Origin: the human T2T-CHM13v2.0 reference genome, Homo sapiens
Direction: 5' to 3' (one strand)
Assembly (NCBI RefSeq): GCF_009914755.1
Contig: NC_060938.1
DNA: 64,000 bases
Made by a program: the position numbers and the translations under genes. Each line of letters opens with the position of its first letter. The stretch's first letter is position 1. Under the pieces are notes generated by a model. That model saw only the letters and a list, made by a program, of their open reading frames with translations. It made no database searches and was not told where the DNA came from. Of this stretch, positions 50,601 through 64,000 are shown piece by piece.

Positions 50601-52273
50601 GTTATATTAATATAGTCTATTTCATTATATACATCAACAATATTATATAGATGTTCTGTTATTTATTTAACAGAGAAACCAATTAAGACACAGAAATGTC
50701 AAGTAAAAACCTCAACTTTTCAGATCTATTAAATAGTAAAACCATGATTTTAACCAAAATGCCTAATAATTTTACTGTGCCACATGTCCTAACATTATAT
50801 TAAGAGATGATTCTTGAAATCTGTTTGGTGATGGAAAATACAGTTTGTATTCTCTTGAAAAAATATTGTGGCAAGAGTAATGAAACCTGGGTGCCTCCAA
50901 TTTTTTTATATATTTGAAGTCGAGATTAAAGAAATGTCCATTTTCTAGCATTATTTTGCAGACCTAATGAGATAATATATGTGAACTCTCTGTGGAACAT
51001 GAAGAATGTTCCATTTATGGTTTTGTTTTTGTCTACTATTGTATTCAGGAATACAATTGTGACCACAGGCTGAAGGCCTCAGATTGAAGACTGATCAGTA
51101 CATTTTATTCCCTAAGTATCTTGTAGAATAATACCTTTGTCCAGACGAGTCATTTCCAAGCAGTTTTTATCCCACATTTGAAGGATTATCACCTTTTTTT
51201 AAATGTTACGTCAAATTGTAATAAAGTATATGAGTACACAAAGCCAGATTATGCACTGGATATTTTTTGTCCCTGAAATGGCCTTTCCAATCTTTAGAGC
51301 AGGACTTTTGCCTGGAGCTGTCTTTAATAATATATTAAGCATTAAGCGTATGAGCAGAGCACAAGCACATTTGATTTTTTTGGTGTCTTGAATTCCACAT
51401 TCGTATATACCTGCACTCATTTCCTTTCAAAGAAATTGAATTATTTAAGTGCAGAATTTCTTAATTTTTTTTGCTGTGTGTGTATATAAAACATATAGCT
51501 TTTTACATATTATTCTTAATTGGTAGTATCTTAACCAATGCTTTCAAATTTTCTTAAACCTAGACTTTCCAGAGTTTTAAAAACTGTTAAAAATAGAAAA
51601 AAAAAGTGTTGCCACAAGTTAAATCGGAAGCAAACATAGCCTTCTTGTAAGTGGCACAGTTAAAACTGGGTAACATGAAAAGTAATTTAAGTACCATCAT
51701 GAACCATTTCAAATTCAATAGGGGACAATTCCAAGAAGGATCTCATTTTTTCTTCTTCTTCTTCAAATCATGCTCAATGCACTAGGTATTGTTCCCTAAA
51801 AGCTCAATTAGATGCCTAGGCAGAGCACTGTGGGACTGCCTGCATCAATTGTGCATAGGTCAATGAACATCCATCAATAAAATAATCAAAGTTGAAATAC
51901 ATCTCACTTATAACTTCTTTCTAATATTCTAAGAAGAAACTGTAATCATCTTTTCCTTCAGCTCTGCCACTTCGAAGCCAGCAGAGGAACAGAGCTTTAG
52001 TGGAGTCCTCCTGATTGGATGAATTGGTGGGCATGAGTTTGAAACATAGGAGAGTAAGACTGAGAAAATCTGATTAATCCTCTAACAATAATACATATTT
52101 CAATTCAAGAATTATAAGGTTGGCCACTCTGAAGAATGCCAGAAAGTTTGTGGCTACTCACTCAGATTCAAAAAGTATCATGGAAGAAGATTCCTATCCT
52201 CCAAATTTTTCACCTTAATTCAAACCAAGGGATAGAATTTTGTCTTAGTACATAGAATGACCATAATGATTCC

Positions 52274-52843
52274 AGTGGGCAGATCCTGAGGGACTCTCCC
52301 TCCAATATTTTCCCATTTCATAGTATTCACAACTTTGTGTAATCCCCTCTTTTTGAGTGGGGGTGGGACTGGCAAGTTGCTTCTAACCAATAGAATATGG
52401 CCAAGGTAATAGGATGTCACCCTCGTGATTAGTTTACATTCTATAGGACTCAGTCTTAGCATACTTCAGAGGGTTGCTCTCCTGCTTGTCTTGAAGAGGT
52501 AAGCCTCCCTGTTGTGAGCACATAGAGAGGACTACAGGGCAAGGATCTGTGGACTGCATAGAGAAGCAGACCGCTGGCACAAATGTGAAGACCTCAGATT
52601 TATAATGGCAAGATGGGTTTTGCTAGCAACCTGAGGGAACTTAGATGCAGCTCTTTCCAACCTATGCCTCTAGATGAGTAGGCAGCCCAGCCATTACATT
52701 GATTACAGCCTTGACAAACCCTGATCAGACGATTCAGATAAATTGTGCCTGGATTTCTGGACTATGGAAAATATAAAATGCAAATGTTTGTTTTAAGCTG
52801 CTAAGATTATAGTAATTTTTGATCTGTCATTGAACACATGTAC
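52274..52843 (+). mobile_element. MLT1E/F-like LTR
   Basis: gtgtaatcccctc...ttgcttctaaccaatagaatatggc...ttgttttaagctgctaag. Confidence 0.82.
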
Positions 52844-52997
52844 AATAATGAAGGAATAATGTCCATGCATACAGCTGACAGCACAGATAACTGATTTAAA
52901 AATGCTGAGACATTGAAGTATGTATATACAAATGGTTAAGTTTGTCTCAGTGAAGTTTCTCATTAATATGAGTTATCTGTTTAAATGAGCATGCATT

Positions 52998-53200
52998 ACA
53001 TAGCACTTAAGAGTATGAACTCTGAATTCCTGGGATGAAATCCCAGCTCTTTTACATCTAGCCTTATGACCCGGAGCAATCCATGAAACCTTTCTGAGCC
53101 TCAGTTGTTTCATCTGACAAATTGATAATAATTTTATCTATTTTGCAGTATTGCTATGAAGATTGGATGAGTAAATAGCATGCTGTCTATTTGTTGAATT
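52998..53200 (+). mobile_element. MIR SINE
   Basis: aaatcccagctct...tgacccggagcaat...tctgagcctcagttgtttcatctg. Confidence 0.82.
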
Positions 53201-53680
53201 ATTAAGATAAATATTTTCATTTTCTCAGTATAAATATACTGTAAATTGTGTTATCACTGCCAAAATAATTAAGCTTCAAAAAGGAAATAAATAGCTCCTC
53301 TCACTGTACCTAGAATTAATGTCAGGAATGGTACAGGCTGTAAAACAATAGAAATGTGCAGATGCCCATGATAGAAAGAAAGTTAATTCAATGAAAGAAC
53401 AAAAAGAACAATGAAAAATGTCATGGATTTGCAGCAGATTACACATGTCACAGAAAGAGATCTCGTAGAAATTCACTTTCAGAGAAAATGGGTTACCTAC
53501 TGGTAAAACAAAGTTTCAATGGGGAAATTTTGGCTCAAGAAAGCTGTAAAAGAGTGAAAAAGTTACCTAATAAGGATACACAAACAGTAGAAAGAATGGT
53601 TAGTAAAGGAGTAATCATAGCAATAGTAAACTTTAGTGAAATTCTCTAAGACAGAAGTCATGAAAAACACAAAGAAAGAA

Positions 53681-54143
53681 GACACTCTCATGTCTGTTGC
53701 AGCCACAATAGCCGACATGTGCAAACAACTTAAGTGTTCAATGACAGACGAATGGATAAAGAAAATATCACACACACCCACACCCACACACACACACACA
53801 CACAGGAATATTATTCAACCCTAAAGAAGAAGGAGATTCTGTCATTTGCAACCACGTGGATGAGTCTTGAGGACATAAAGCTAAGTGAAATAAGCCAGAG
53901 ACAGAAAGACAAATACTGAATGATCTCACCTATATGTGGAATCTAAAAATAAACCAAACTCATAGTAACAGAGTAGAATGGTGATTTCCAGGGACTGGAG
54001 GAAGGGAGAAAGAGGAGGGTATTGGTTATAGGGCTATGAGCTATAAGATGAATAAGTGCTGGAATCCTAACACACAGCATGGTGACCATAGTTAATAACA
54101 ATGTGCTGATTTTTGCAAAGAGAGTAGATTATAACTGTTCTCA

Positions 54144-54190
<47 letters not shown>

Positions 54191-54335
54191 TGTAACTACG
54201 TGATGTGATATGTTTCTTAATTTGTGGTAATCACTTTGCAGTGTATACACAACATCAAAACATCGTGTTGTATAGCCTAAATATATCCATATTTATTTGT
54301 AAATCATATCTCAGCAAAGCTGGAGAAAAGAAGAA
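53681..54335 (+). mobile_element. L1MA (MA8/9-like) 3' end
   Basis: gacgaatggataaagaaaa...gctaagtgaaataagccag...tgtggaatctaaaa...aaagctgga; internal (CA)n tracts. Confidence 0.9.
54145..54188. repeat. (CA)22 microsatellite
   Basis: Direct reading. Confidence 0.97.
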
Positions 54336-56230
54336 AGATTAGCAACGAGTCACTCCTCATCCAGGCACATATTTTACAAAAATAGGTCAGAGACCAAACT
54401 CAGTTATTCCTGGTTGGAAAATTATTATCAATTGCTTTATGATGTTGCTTTGATGTTGCAATGTATTTGGTTACGTATACTTTGTATTTCTGGTGCTTAT
54501 ATATACTTCCAATAAACAGTAAATCTGTGTATAAATGCATCTGCTATACAATGCTGATACTGGCAAAACACATTTTATTAGCTATTCAGACAACTAATGC
54601 AGTTTCTCCCTGAAATCATCTTCCTCAATGGATTAGTGCATGATTAATTTTTCCTTGGACTTCTTTCTCAGACATAAATGTTTTACTCAAATTCTTACAA
54701 TCAAAAATGAGACTATGTAGTTGGAACAGGCAGAGTTTACATGGCCTTAATTTAAAGAGGCATTGTCTTTGGTCAACTTTTTAAAAATTACATTTGGTCT
54801 AATCATCTTTACAAATGCTTACATTCAGTAGGCAAAATGATTGAAAAGCCAGAATCCTTTGAATCACATTTTTCTTTGTTATCATTTGAGTATAGAGGCA
54901 GCCTTTGTTTTCTGCCAAAAAGATGAAACAGTTATAAAATAATCAACTTCAGAAGAAAACATTCTTCTAGGGAAAAATTAGACCAAACTTTCATCCATTT
55001 GACTTTACCTAATGGCAAAGTTAGATGGTGGGCAGAAAGAGAGTACTTACATTATGATAGCTTCCTATAAGGTTCAGATTTACAACTCGGTAAAGTCTGT
55101 TTTATATTATTGTAATAAGTCATAAAAATATAACTAAAATAGCAATAAACATGACCTTTTTAAGCATTTGTAAATATCCCTCTATTTTTCTCTGTCACCC
55201 TTCTCTAATTTAGAAAGATAAATAGAATATAAATATTGCTGAGGTTTTGAATCAACTAGTTATTAGTATTTAGAGTCCCAATGTTTTCTCTTTGAATAGC
55301 AAAGCTTTCTGATAACTTTGTATATCCATTAATTAAATACTTATCAATGTGGTAGCATTGTTTTTATTTTTTAAATAAGTAAAATAATATTTTTATTTTT
55401 AATATTGAATGTGCCTATGTATAAAACATGTATAAAACATGGTATCTATAATTGGGTTAATTATTTATATCAGACCTCAGAAACAGTTTTCAAAAATATA
55501 AAACAATGGGTAAAATTGTATGTGTGTGTATATTATATATATGTTTGTGTATGTGTGCATGTGTATGTATATGTATATTTGTAAATTTTTGCTTATATTT
55601 CTCTTTCCTATGTTTATATGTAACTTGTCCTAAAATTTTATCTCCATTGATGCTATTGTTCCAGTGTAAAATTTGGGCAATTCTGTTTTAACAATTATAT
55701 GGATATTAGTATTAAATCTATAATTTCATATATAGATCTGAATATTCTGTAAATATTTATGGCCAAAATTTAATGGATCATGCCAGACTGCTGATGAAAA
55801 TATTTTCTATATGAACTTTTATGGCCAGTCCTCATGTTTGAAACAGGAATGGTGTGAAACTGTGGTACTTGATATATAGATTAAAAAATCTGCGTCTTTC
55901 TTTTCTCTTTCTATACATAATGATATACACTTATATCATCGCCAGTCAACAGTGACTTTTTCTGTAAAGAACTATGGATTTAGTAATAGTTTATGTTATA
56001 TATTCAAATTAACACAATTGGAAAATCTACAAATGATGTCTTTAGTGGTGAAAGTTACCAAAATATTTTTGTCATTTTTCTTGAAGGTAAGAATTTTCTG
56101 AAGCACAATTATGCAATGTTAGGCACAATTAGATGGTGCCTCCATATAGAAATCGGGACATTAGGGAGAGAAAATAAATATTAACTAGTGGATCACTCAA
56201 TTATATATATATATATATATAAAATTGTAT

Positions 56231-56373
56231 ATCAATTTTATGGTGAATACAGCAACACATGTAGATTGAATATATAAATATATATATGCATTTAAATAAA
56301 TATGTATAAATTTATATATATATAATTAATATGTAACCTGTATGTGTTGCTGTATTTACCATATAAATTCGAT
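56231..56373. repeat. Inverted repeat with AT-rich spacer
   Basis: atggtgaatacagcaacacat (56240-56260) pairs with atgtgttgctgtatttaccat (56342-56362), 20/21. Confidence 0.9.
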
Positions 56374-56675
56374 TACCACTTTACTTGGGGGAAAGTTATA
56401 GAAAATACATATTAAATATAGCATGTTAAATTTGAGACGCAGAAAGGTGATTTTCTTACAAATTTTAAGACATGGATTGATTGCCTCTCTACCACATCAA
56501 TAATAATGTCAATTAGCTTTGTGGTGACATTAAGAAATAATATTGGAAATATATATTAATAAAAAGTTCCATCGATACATTGTTTCCTGCATTTTTAAAG
56601 GAGATTACTTTTTCTTTAAAGAGTATGCCATATATATCGAAGGCAGTTATTTTAATTATTAATCTGCTCATTCAC

Positions 56676-57026
56676 TGTATTAGTCCATTTTCACACTGCT
56701 GATAAAGACATACCTGAGACTAGGCAATTTACAAAGGAAAGAGGTTTAATTGGACTTACCGTTCCACATGGCTGGGGAGGCCTCACAATCAAGGTGGAAG
56801 GCAAGGAGGAGTGAGTCACACCTGATGTGGATGGCAACAGGCAAAAAGAGAGCTTGTACAGGGAGACGCCACCTTATAAAGCCATCAGATCTTGTGAGAC
56901 TTATTCACTATCATGAGAACATCACAGGAAAGACCTGCCCTGATGATTCAATTACGTCCCACCTGGTCTCTCCCACAACATGTGGAAATTCAAGATGAGA
57001 CTTGGGTGGGGACACAAACTATATCA
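56676..57026 (-). mobile_element. THE1B-like solo LTR
   Basis: tgtattagtccattttcacactgctgataaagacatacctgagact...gggtggggacac...atatca; TSD ttcac/tttac. Confidence 0.94.
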
Positions 57027-59078
57027 TTTACCAACAAATGTTATGTAAGAAGAACTTTTTGAATGTATTTGGTACATCTCAATATGGCCAATTATCTATT
57101 TTTCAGTCCAATGTACAATTTTTTTATCTAAATGATTGATTCTTAGAAAAGCGAGGGAAACATAATGAATCATATAATAAGGTCACTGAAAAAACATTAT
57201 TGTATTGATAGTATTTATCGATAAATTATTTTATTGGTCAATTATTAGAAATAATTGCATTATTGTTATATGTAACAGTAGTTGTCATTTTTTCTTGCCA
57301 CATCATCTGATTGGTTTAAAATGTTTATTAAAGTTTTACTCTTATATAAAAGTTCATATAGCAGTGTTTATAAAGCTAGTTATTTTTTAAATACATGTGT
57401 AAATGTAAATTTATAAGTTTATATGTGTACACATATATAATTATTCACATTCTTGTACACACACATTCTTATATGAATACTAATGTATTTGTGTGTATGT
57501 GTATTACATAATTGACACAAATTAACAATTTTAAAACAAAGTTTTATTTAAACTCATGATGATTTTATTTGACTTGATTACAAGGTGTCAGCAGCAATTA
57601 CTGAGAAGAAATTCAGGGAAGATCTGAGAATATCAATATGCTTCTCACTCATAAATAATGCAGACATATCTACAAGGCACAATCATTTTCTGAAAATTAT
57701 TTCTGAGCTCTCAGAATGAATAGAAATAGAGTAAAATCAGTTTGCATTGATTAGATGGAAATGACAATGTCAAATGAAAAGGGGATAAATTGTAATATTT
57801 TTGGTAGCATATACATATTTTGCAATGTAATATACTTAAAATATATAAATATAAAATTGTATATATTCTTAAAATTATGGTAACTTTTTGTATTATTTTT
57901 CTTCCCCCTAAACTGTCACATAAATTGTCAATATGATATACTCAGAATAAGGTGGATGGAACCTTAAGAAAATTCTTAGATAACTCAAACAATAACATGA
58001 AAAAAAACTTTCTTAGCTGATTTAAAGAAGAGAGTGGTAGGAAGATTGATGATATGTTCAAATCATCACCTCCACAGTTTGATTTCTTTATTTCATGACT
58101 CAATAATTAGCAACCACGGACAGAGTGAAATGTGTGTACAAAAATAGACTGAGAAAGCTGACATTGTTTTCTTCCTCCATAGACAGGTGACTGATGTTGA
58201 AATATCATCTTGTTAAAAGGTATACAGTGATAACTGTTTTAATTATTAATTCTCATTACTTCTTACCTAGGATTTTCTTGTGATATATATTTTAAAATTT
58301 TATATATATATACATATATTTATAAGAGTTAATACTAGTAAGAAGATTTGCTTTAAACAAAATCTTCTGAGACATACTATTAATTTGAGAATAGCATTTT
58401 TCATTCACTTCTACAAAACAGGCATATGCAATTGAGAATTTTCTCTTAAGAGTAACTAGGTTCAATTAGTTTAGAATTTCACTAGAAATTGGATTCAACT
58501 GCTACGAATGTAATTTTGAAATGACTTGTTTGTGGGAATTTAAATTAAAATGCCATCAGGAAATCACTTTGAACCATTTAGAAACTCTATTCTCATCTAA
58601 ATTACTCATCTTTCTTATTTTCATGTTGAAATTTCCCATTAATTTAAAATCCTTTTATAGAGAAGTCAGCATAAATAAGGAGTTGTTTTCTTTCCTGTGC
58701 ATTTGCTCCCTTTCACAAGTGACATAATTTCTTAAAAACTGTGTTTTAAATATGATCATTTTAAAGCAAAGTGCTGAATATATGTAGGATGTCTCCGTTC
58801 AAACACTGAGTCAATCCATTGCCTAAAGGAAAGCAGGAAATGGACAATAAAGAACATGTCTCATTTAACATGTAGAAACATTTTATATTTGAAATACTTT
58901 GGGGGAAAAAAATTCTGTGCCCAAACTTTCTGTAATGAGTTGGAAGTAAATAGGAAAAGAGAAGGACCTAACGCTTATTAAAATCTACCATGAATCCAAT
59001 AATTAAAAAAAAAAAAGTATACTCCTTTGCCTCTGGTAGTATTCTGGCCCTTTTCCCCATTGTTTATTTACTTATGGG

Positions 59079-59307
59079 TTTTTTGTGTTTTTTTTTTGTC
59101 TTGTTTTGTTTTTGTTTTTGTTTTGAGATGGAGTTTCACTCTTGTTGCCCTGGCTGGAGTGCAATGGCACAATCTGGGATCACTGAAACTTCTGTCTCCC
59201 AGGTTCAAGCGATTCTCCTGCCTCAGACTCCTGAGTAGCTGGGATTACAGGTGCCTGCCACCATGCCCGGCTAAATTTTGTACTTTTAGTAGAGACAGGG
59301 TTTCACC
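59079..59307 (-). mobile_element. AluS (Sp/Sq-like), 5'-truncated, with a long mixed tail
   Basis: gagtttcactcttgttgccc diagnostic; ends at gggtttcacc. Confidence 0.93.
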
Positions 59308-60529
59308 TATTTATGATTCTTTAGTTATGTGTATGTTACTGAAGGATTGCCTTTCTCCGACCCCCACCCACCGCCACAAGTTCTGTGACAATAGTAGCTA
59401 AAAGTTTTACTTAAATTAGCTAAATTGTCTTTGCTTGTTCAGCTGGTGGTGATTACGTCTAAAATTTGGGGAGCATTTAGTATATTTTATTCCCAATATT
59501 CTTTGCCATGCAAGTTGTCAAAATATGTAGACACACAAAAACTTTCTGTCTTTCTGTGTTCCCCATCTTAATGTACATATGTATAGATGTACTACCCAGG
59601 ACCAGGAGTAATATTAAAATTTGGATGAATCCATTGATTATTTTTTGAAATTATGCCCACAAAAGACTCTATCTTAAAGAAGTGTTATTTAAAATATATT
59701 TCAATATTCTCAAATACCTCTTTCCCAAATGTCAAGGCATTTGATTGTTTGGAGGTGATTATTTATGGTAATTAAAATTCCCTGTAGGTTCATCAAGACC
59801 TTCTTAGATTAAAAGGAAGGGACCTATTCTGATATCCTAAAGATAACGAGGATTTTAGTTCATTATAAATTTCATAAACATTTTCAAGTTAAGAATTTTT
59901 TCAATTTTTAGTATTGAGGAATTTAGGGCTTGTCCATGTGATTAAGAAGACTAACGTATTTATAAGAAATTATTAACTCTATATGTAAACCTCTCTGTTA
60001 ACCCACACATGAGCGAATCTCTGATTGAAAGCAATTGATAACTGAATAAAAACATTATACCCCTTGTGTTTGGGATCTCAAGCATGAAACTGGCATTTCA
60101 TCCAACAATAACAAATATATGCACAGCAAAGACTTGTGCCATGATCAACGTTGTCTTTGTATATAAATGAACAGATGATTATTATTATATTTAGCTAGTT
60201 TTGTTACTCTGTGTTTCTCAATACTGCCTTAATTTCCAGGAGACATGTATTAGCAAACTAAGACCCACATGCTGATAACACTTTTTTTTCGTAGCACTTT
60301 TTTGGTTGTTTCTGTTGTGTTTTTAATTTTAATTATTCTGTTTCACATGATGTTTATTTGCCTATATCCCCTCACATTTTAAGTAAATTTATTAATGAAT
60401 CCTATCTGAAACATTCAAGGTAATAATACACTCAATGTTGAAAGAAAATAAGCCTACTGAGAAGAGATCTTTTCTTCCTATCTTTAAAAATGAACATATT
60501 AATCACTGCAAGTATGAAAGTCATAAGGG

Positions 60530-61800
60530 AGGAAATAGTGGTTTAGAAACTGAGATGGGAGACGACAGGAAATAATTAGAAAAATCAATATGTTTAAATG
60601 ATGAAAGATCAAAGCATCATACTTCTAAGAAATGTACAAATATCAAGTAGAGTAGTTTTCAAAAAGCAGCATTATTCTTCTGGGGGTGGAAAATGAGATG
60701 AGGGTATGAAACATGATAATAGGGGGCTTAAAATAAAATGGAGTGTTTTGCAGAGAGTGGGAATAATACAGAGTTCCAGGAAAGAAGAAAAATTATGACA
60801 GATTACAACATTCTATTTGAGAGTCTTGCTGATAGCAGTGCATTGTAAAATCAGTGTCCACGTGTGTGTTTGTGCGTCTTTGATATTCATGTGTGCATGT
60901 GCTTATGCAGGACAAAGAGAGATAGAGTGATCTAATTATGTGAGTCTACACAACACTGCTTTATAAAAAATAAAGTTTAACATACATATATTCTAAATTG
61001 GCAATTCTAACTTCTGGTGATTATCCAAGATAGATTAATAGAGATGTCCAAAGAAACATTTGGGCAGTCATCTTTATAATAATTTACTTATAATAGTCCT
61101 AACCTAAAAACAACTCAAACTTCTGCCAATGCACAAAATGGATAATCACATTGTGGCGTATTTGTTAGCAATAAGAAATAGTTATCTTTGTACGGTAAAA
61201 ATTTGTCTTTCACTGTAAGTAAAATTTTCTGAAAAAGGAACTATAAACAAATATTAAATTGTAGTGAATAATATGAATGCTGATGCAATTAGAAGTGCAG
61301 GGTACAGTAGTCTGAAACTTTCATTAAAATGTACCAAAAATAAGATGTAATAATTGATGATTAGAAGCATATGTATGCAATAAACAAATATAATAATAAT
61401 TATAGAAATTAAATGATAGGAATATGTCTATTAGTTGTACAATTATTTCAAATGTTATATATATCTAAAATATTCATGATAAAATGTTGAGTTTTAATTC
61501 TATCTGTCTATCTATCTATCCATCCGTCCATATGATACATGTAATACATATAAGAATCTTAAAAACATTATGTTAAGTAAATGAAATGGAACACAAAGAG
61601 TGTATACTCTATGATGCCATTACCAAGATCAAGAAAAGGGAAAATTAATACATGATTATATAAATCAGAAAAGTGGTTGCCTACAGATAATGGTAGTGGT
61701 CTGAAAAAAAAAAGGCCCTTTGGGGTAGTAGTTACATGAGTGTACACGTGACTACAGTCCATCACTTGTAAGCTTAAGATTTTACCCAAAAGAAAAAAGT
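60530..61800 (+). mobile_element. Decayed L1MC/ME 3' fragments
   Basis: gcaattctaacttctgg...aaaatggataa...tactctatgatgccatt...aaatcagaaaagtggttgcct. Confidence 0.55.
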
Positions 61801-61849
61801 AAAATAAAAATATTTTAAGATTTAAAAACTACTGAGATGACTTATCTAC

Positions 61850-63660
<1,811 letters not shown>

Positions 63661-63669
63661 TCAAGGGAG

Positions 63670-63833
63670 TAATGTAAAGAAGGCATGCTTATTACGGGCA
63701 GGCATGTGGGCAGCATGACAGGGTCCAAGCGATGCCCTGTTATGTATGCGCGTTTTGTTTTCAATAATTCACTTAGCTGTGTTCTTTTGAGGTGTGTACT
63801 TTTTTGAGAGTATGTTTCATTGTATAAAAATAA
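63670..63833 (+). mobile_element. Old L1ME-type 3' terminus
   Basis: aataattcacttagctgtg...gtgtactttt...gtatgtttcattgtataaaaataa. Confidence 0.55.
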
Positions 63834-64000
63834 TGATTCCAACTTGACCTGATTAATGTTTCCCTCAATTGCTTTAACATCCCTCCCCAGATAGATCATA
63901 TCTAAAAAAGGTGGATCTCAGCTGTTGTGTCACAAAGATTTGGAAGGGGTCAGGTGTGGCACTGTGCCAGGTCCTCTAATTCACAGTCACAAAGCATGAA

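Noticed and set aside
59027-59401. Longest ORF (124 aa)
   Set aside because: Reads through an antisense Alu and its T-rich tail, a typical Alu-derived false ORF

Overview
This window is AT-rich, repeat-dense primate genomic DNA, intronic or intergenic. AluY/S/J, THE1 and L1PA elements point to human or another catarrhine. I found no supportable protein-coding gene, RNA gene or CRISPR-type system. All ORFs in the track are chance ORFs or decayed retroelement remnants (HERV-L dUTPase, L1 ORF2, Alu). Repeat families were recognised by eye from remembered consensus sequences, so subfamily names and the boundaries of old elements are approximate. The most notable structures are: (1) a poly(A)-tailed, AATAAA-bearing, MIR-containing retrocopy at ~18.35-18.59 kb; (2) a HERV-L provirus reduced to LTR-dUTPase-LTR, with a duplicated deletion junction and an apparently inverted 3' LTR end; (3) a twin-primed L1PA insertion with a 16-bp TSD; (4) two AT-rich inverted-repeat structures (41.4-41.7 kb and 56.2-56.4 kb); (5) a local CpG cluster in ancient repeats at ~19.5-20.3 kb; (6) a repeat-free ~2 kb block with clustered TAATT motifs. 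I do not see evidence for a new biological system.
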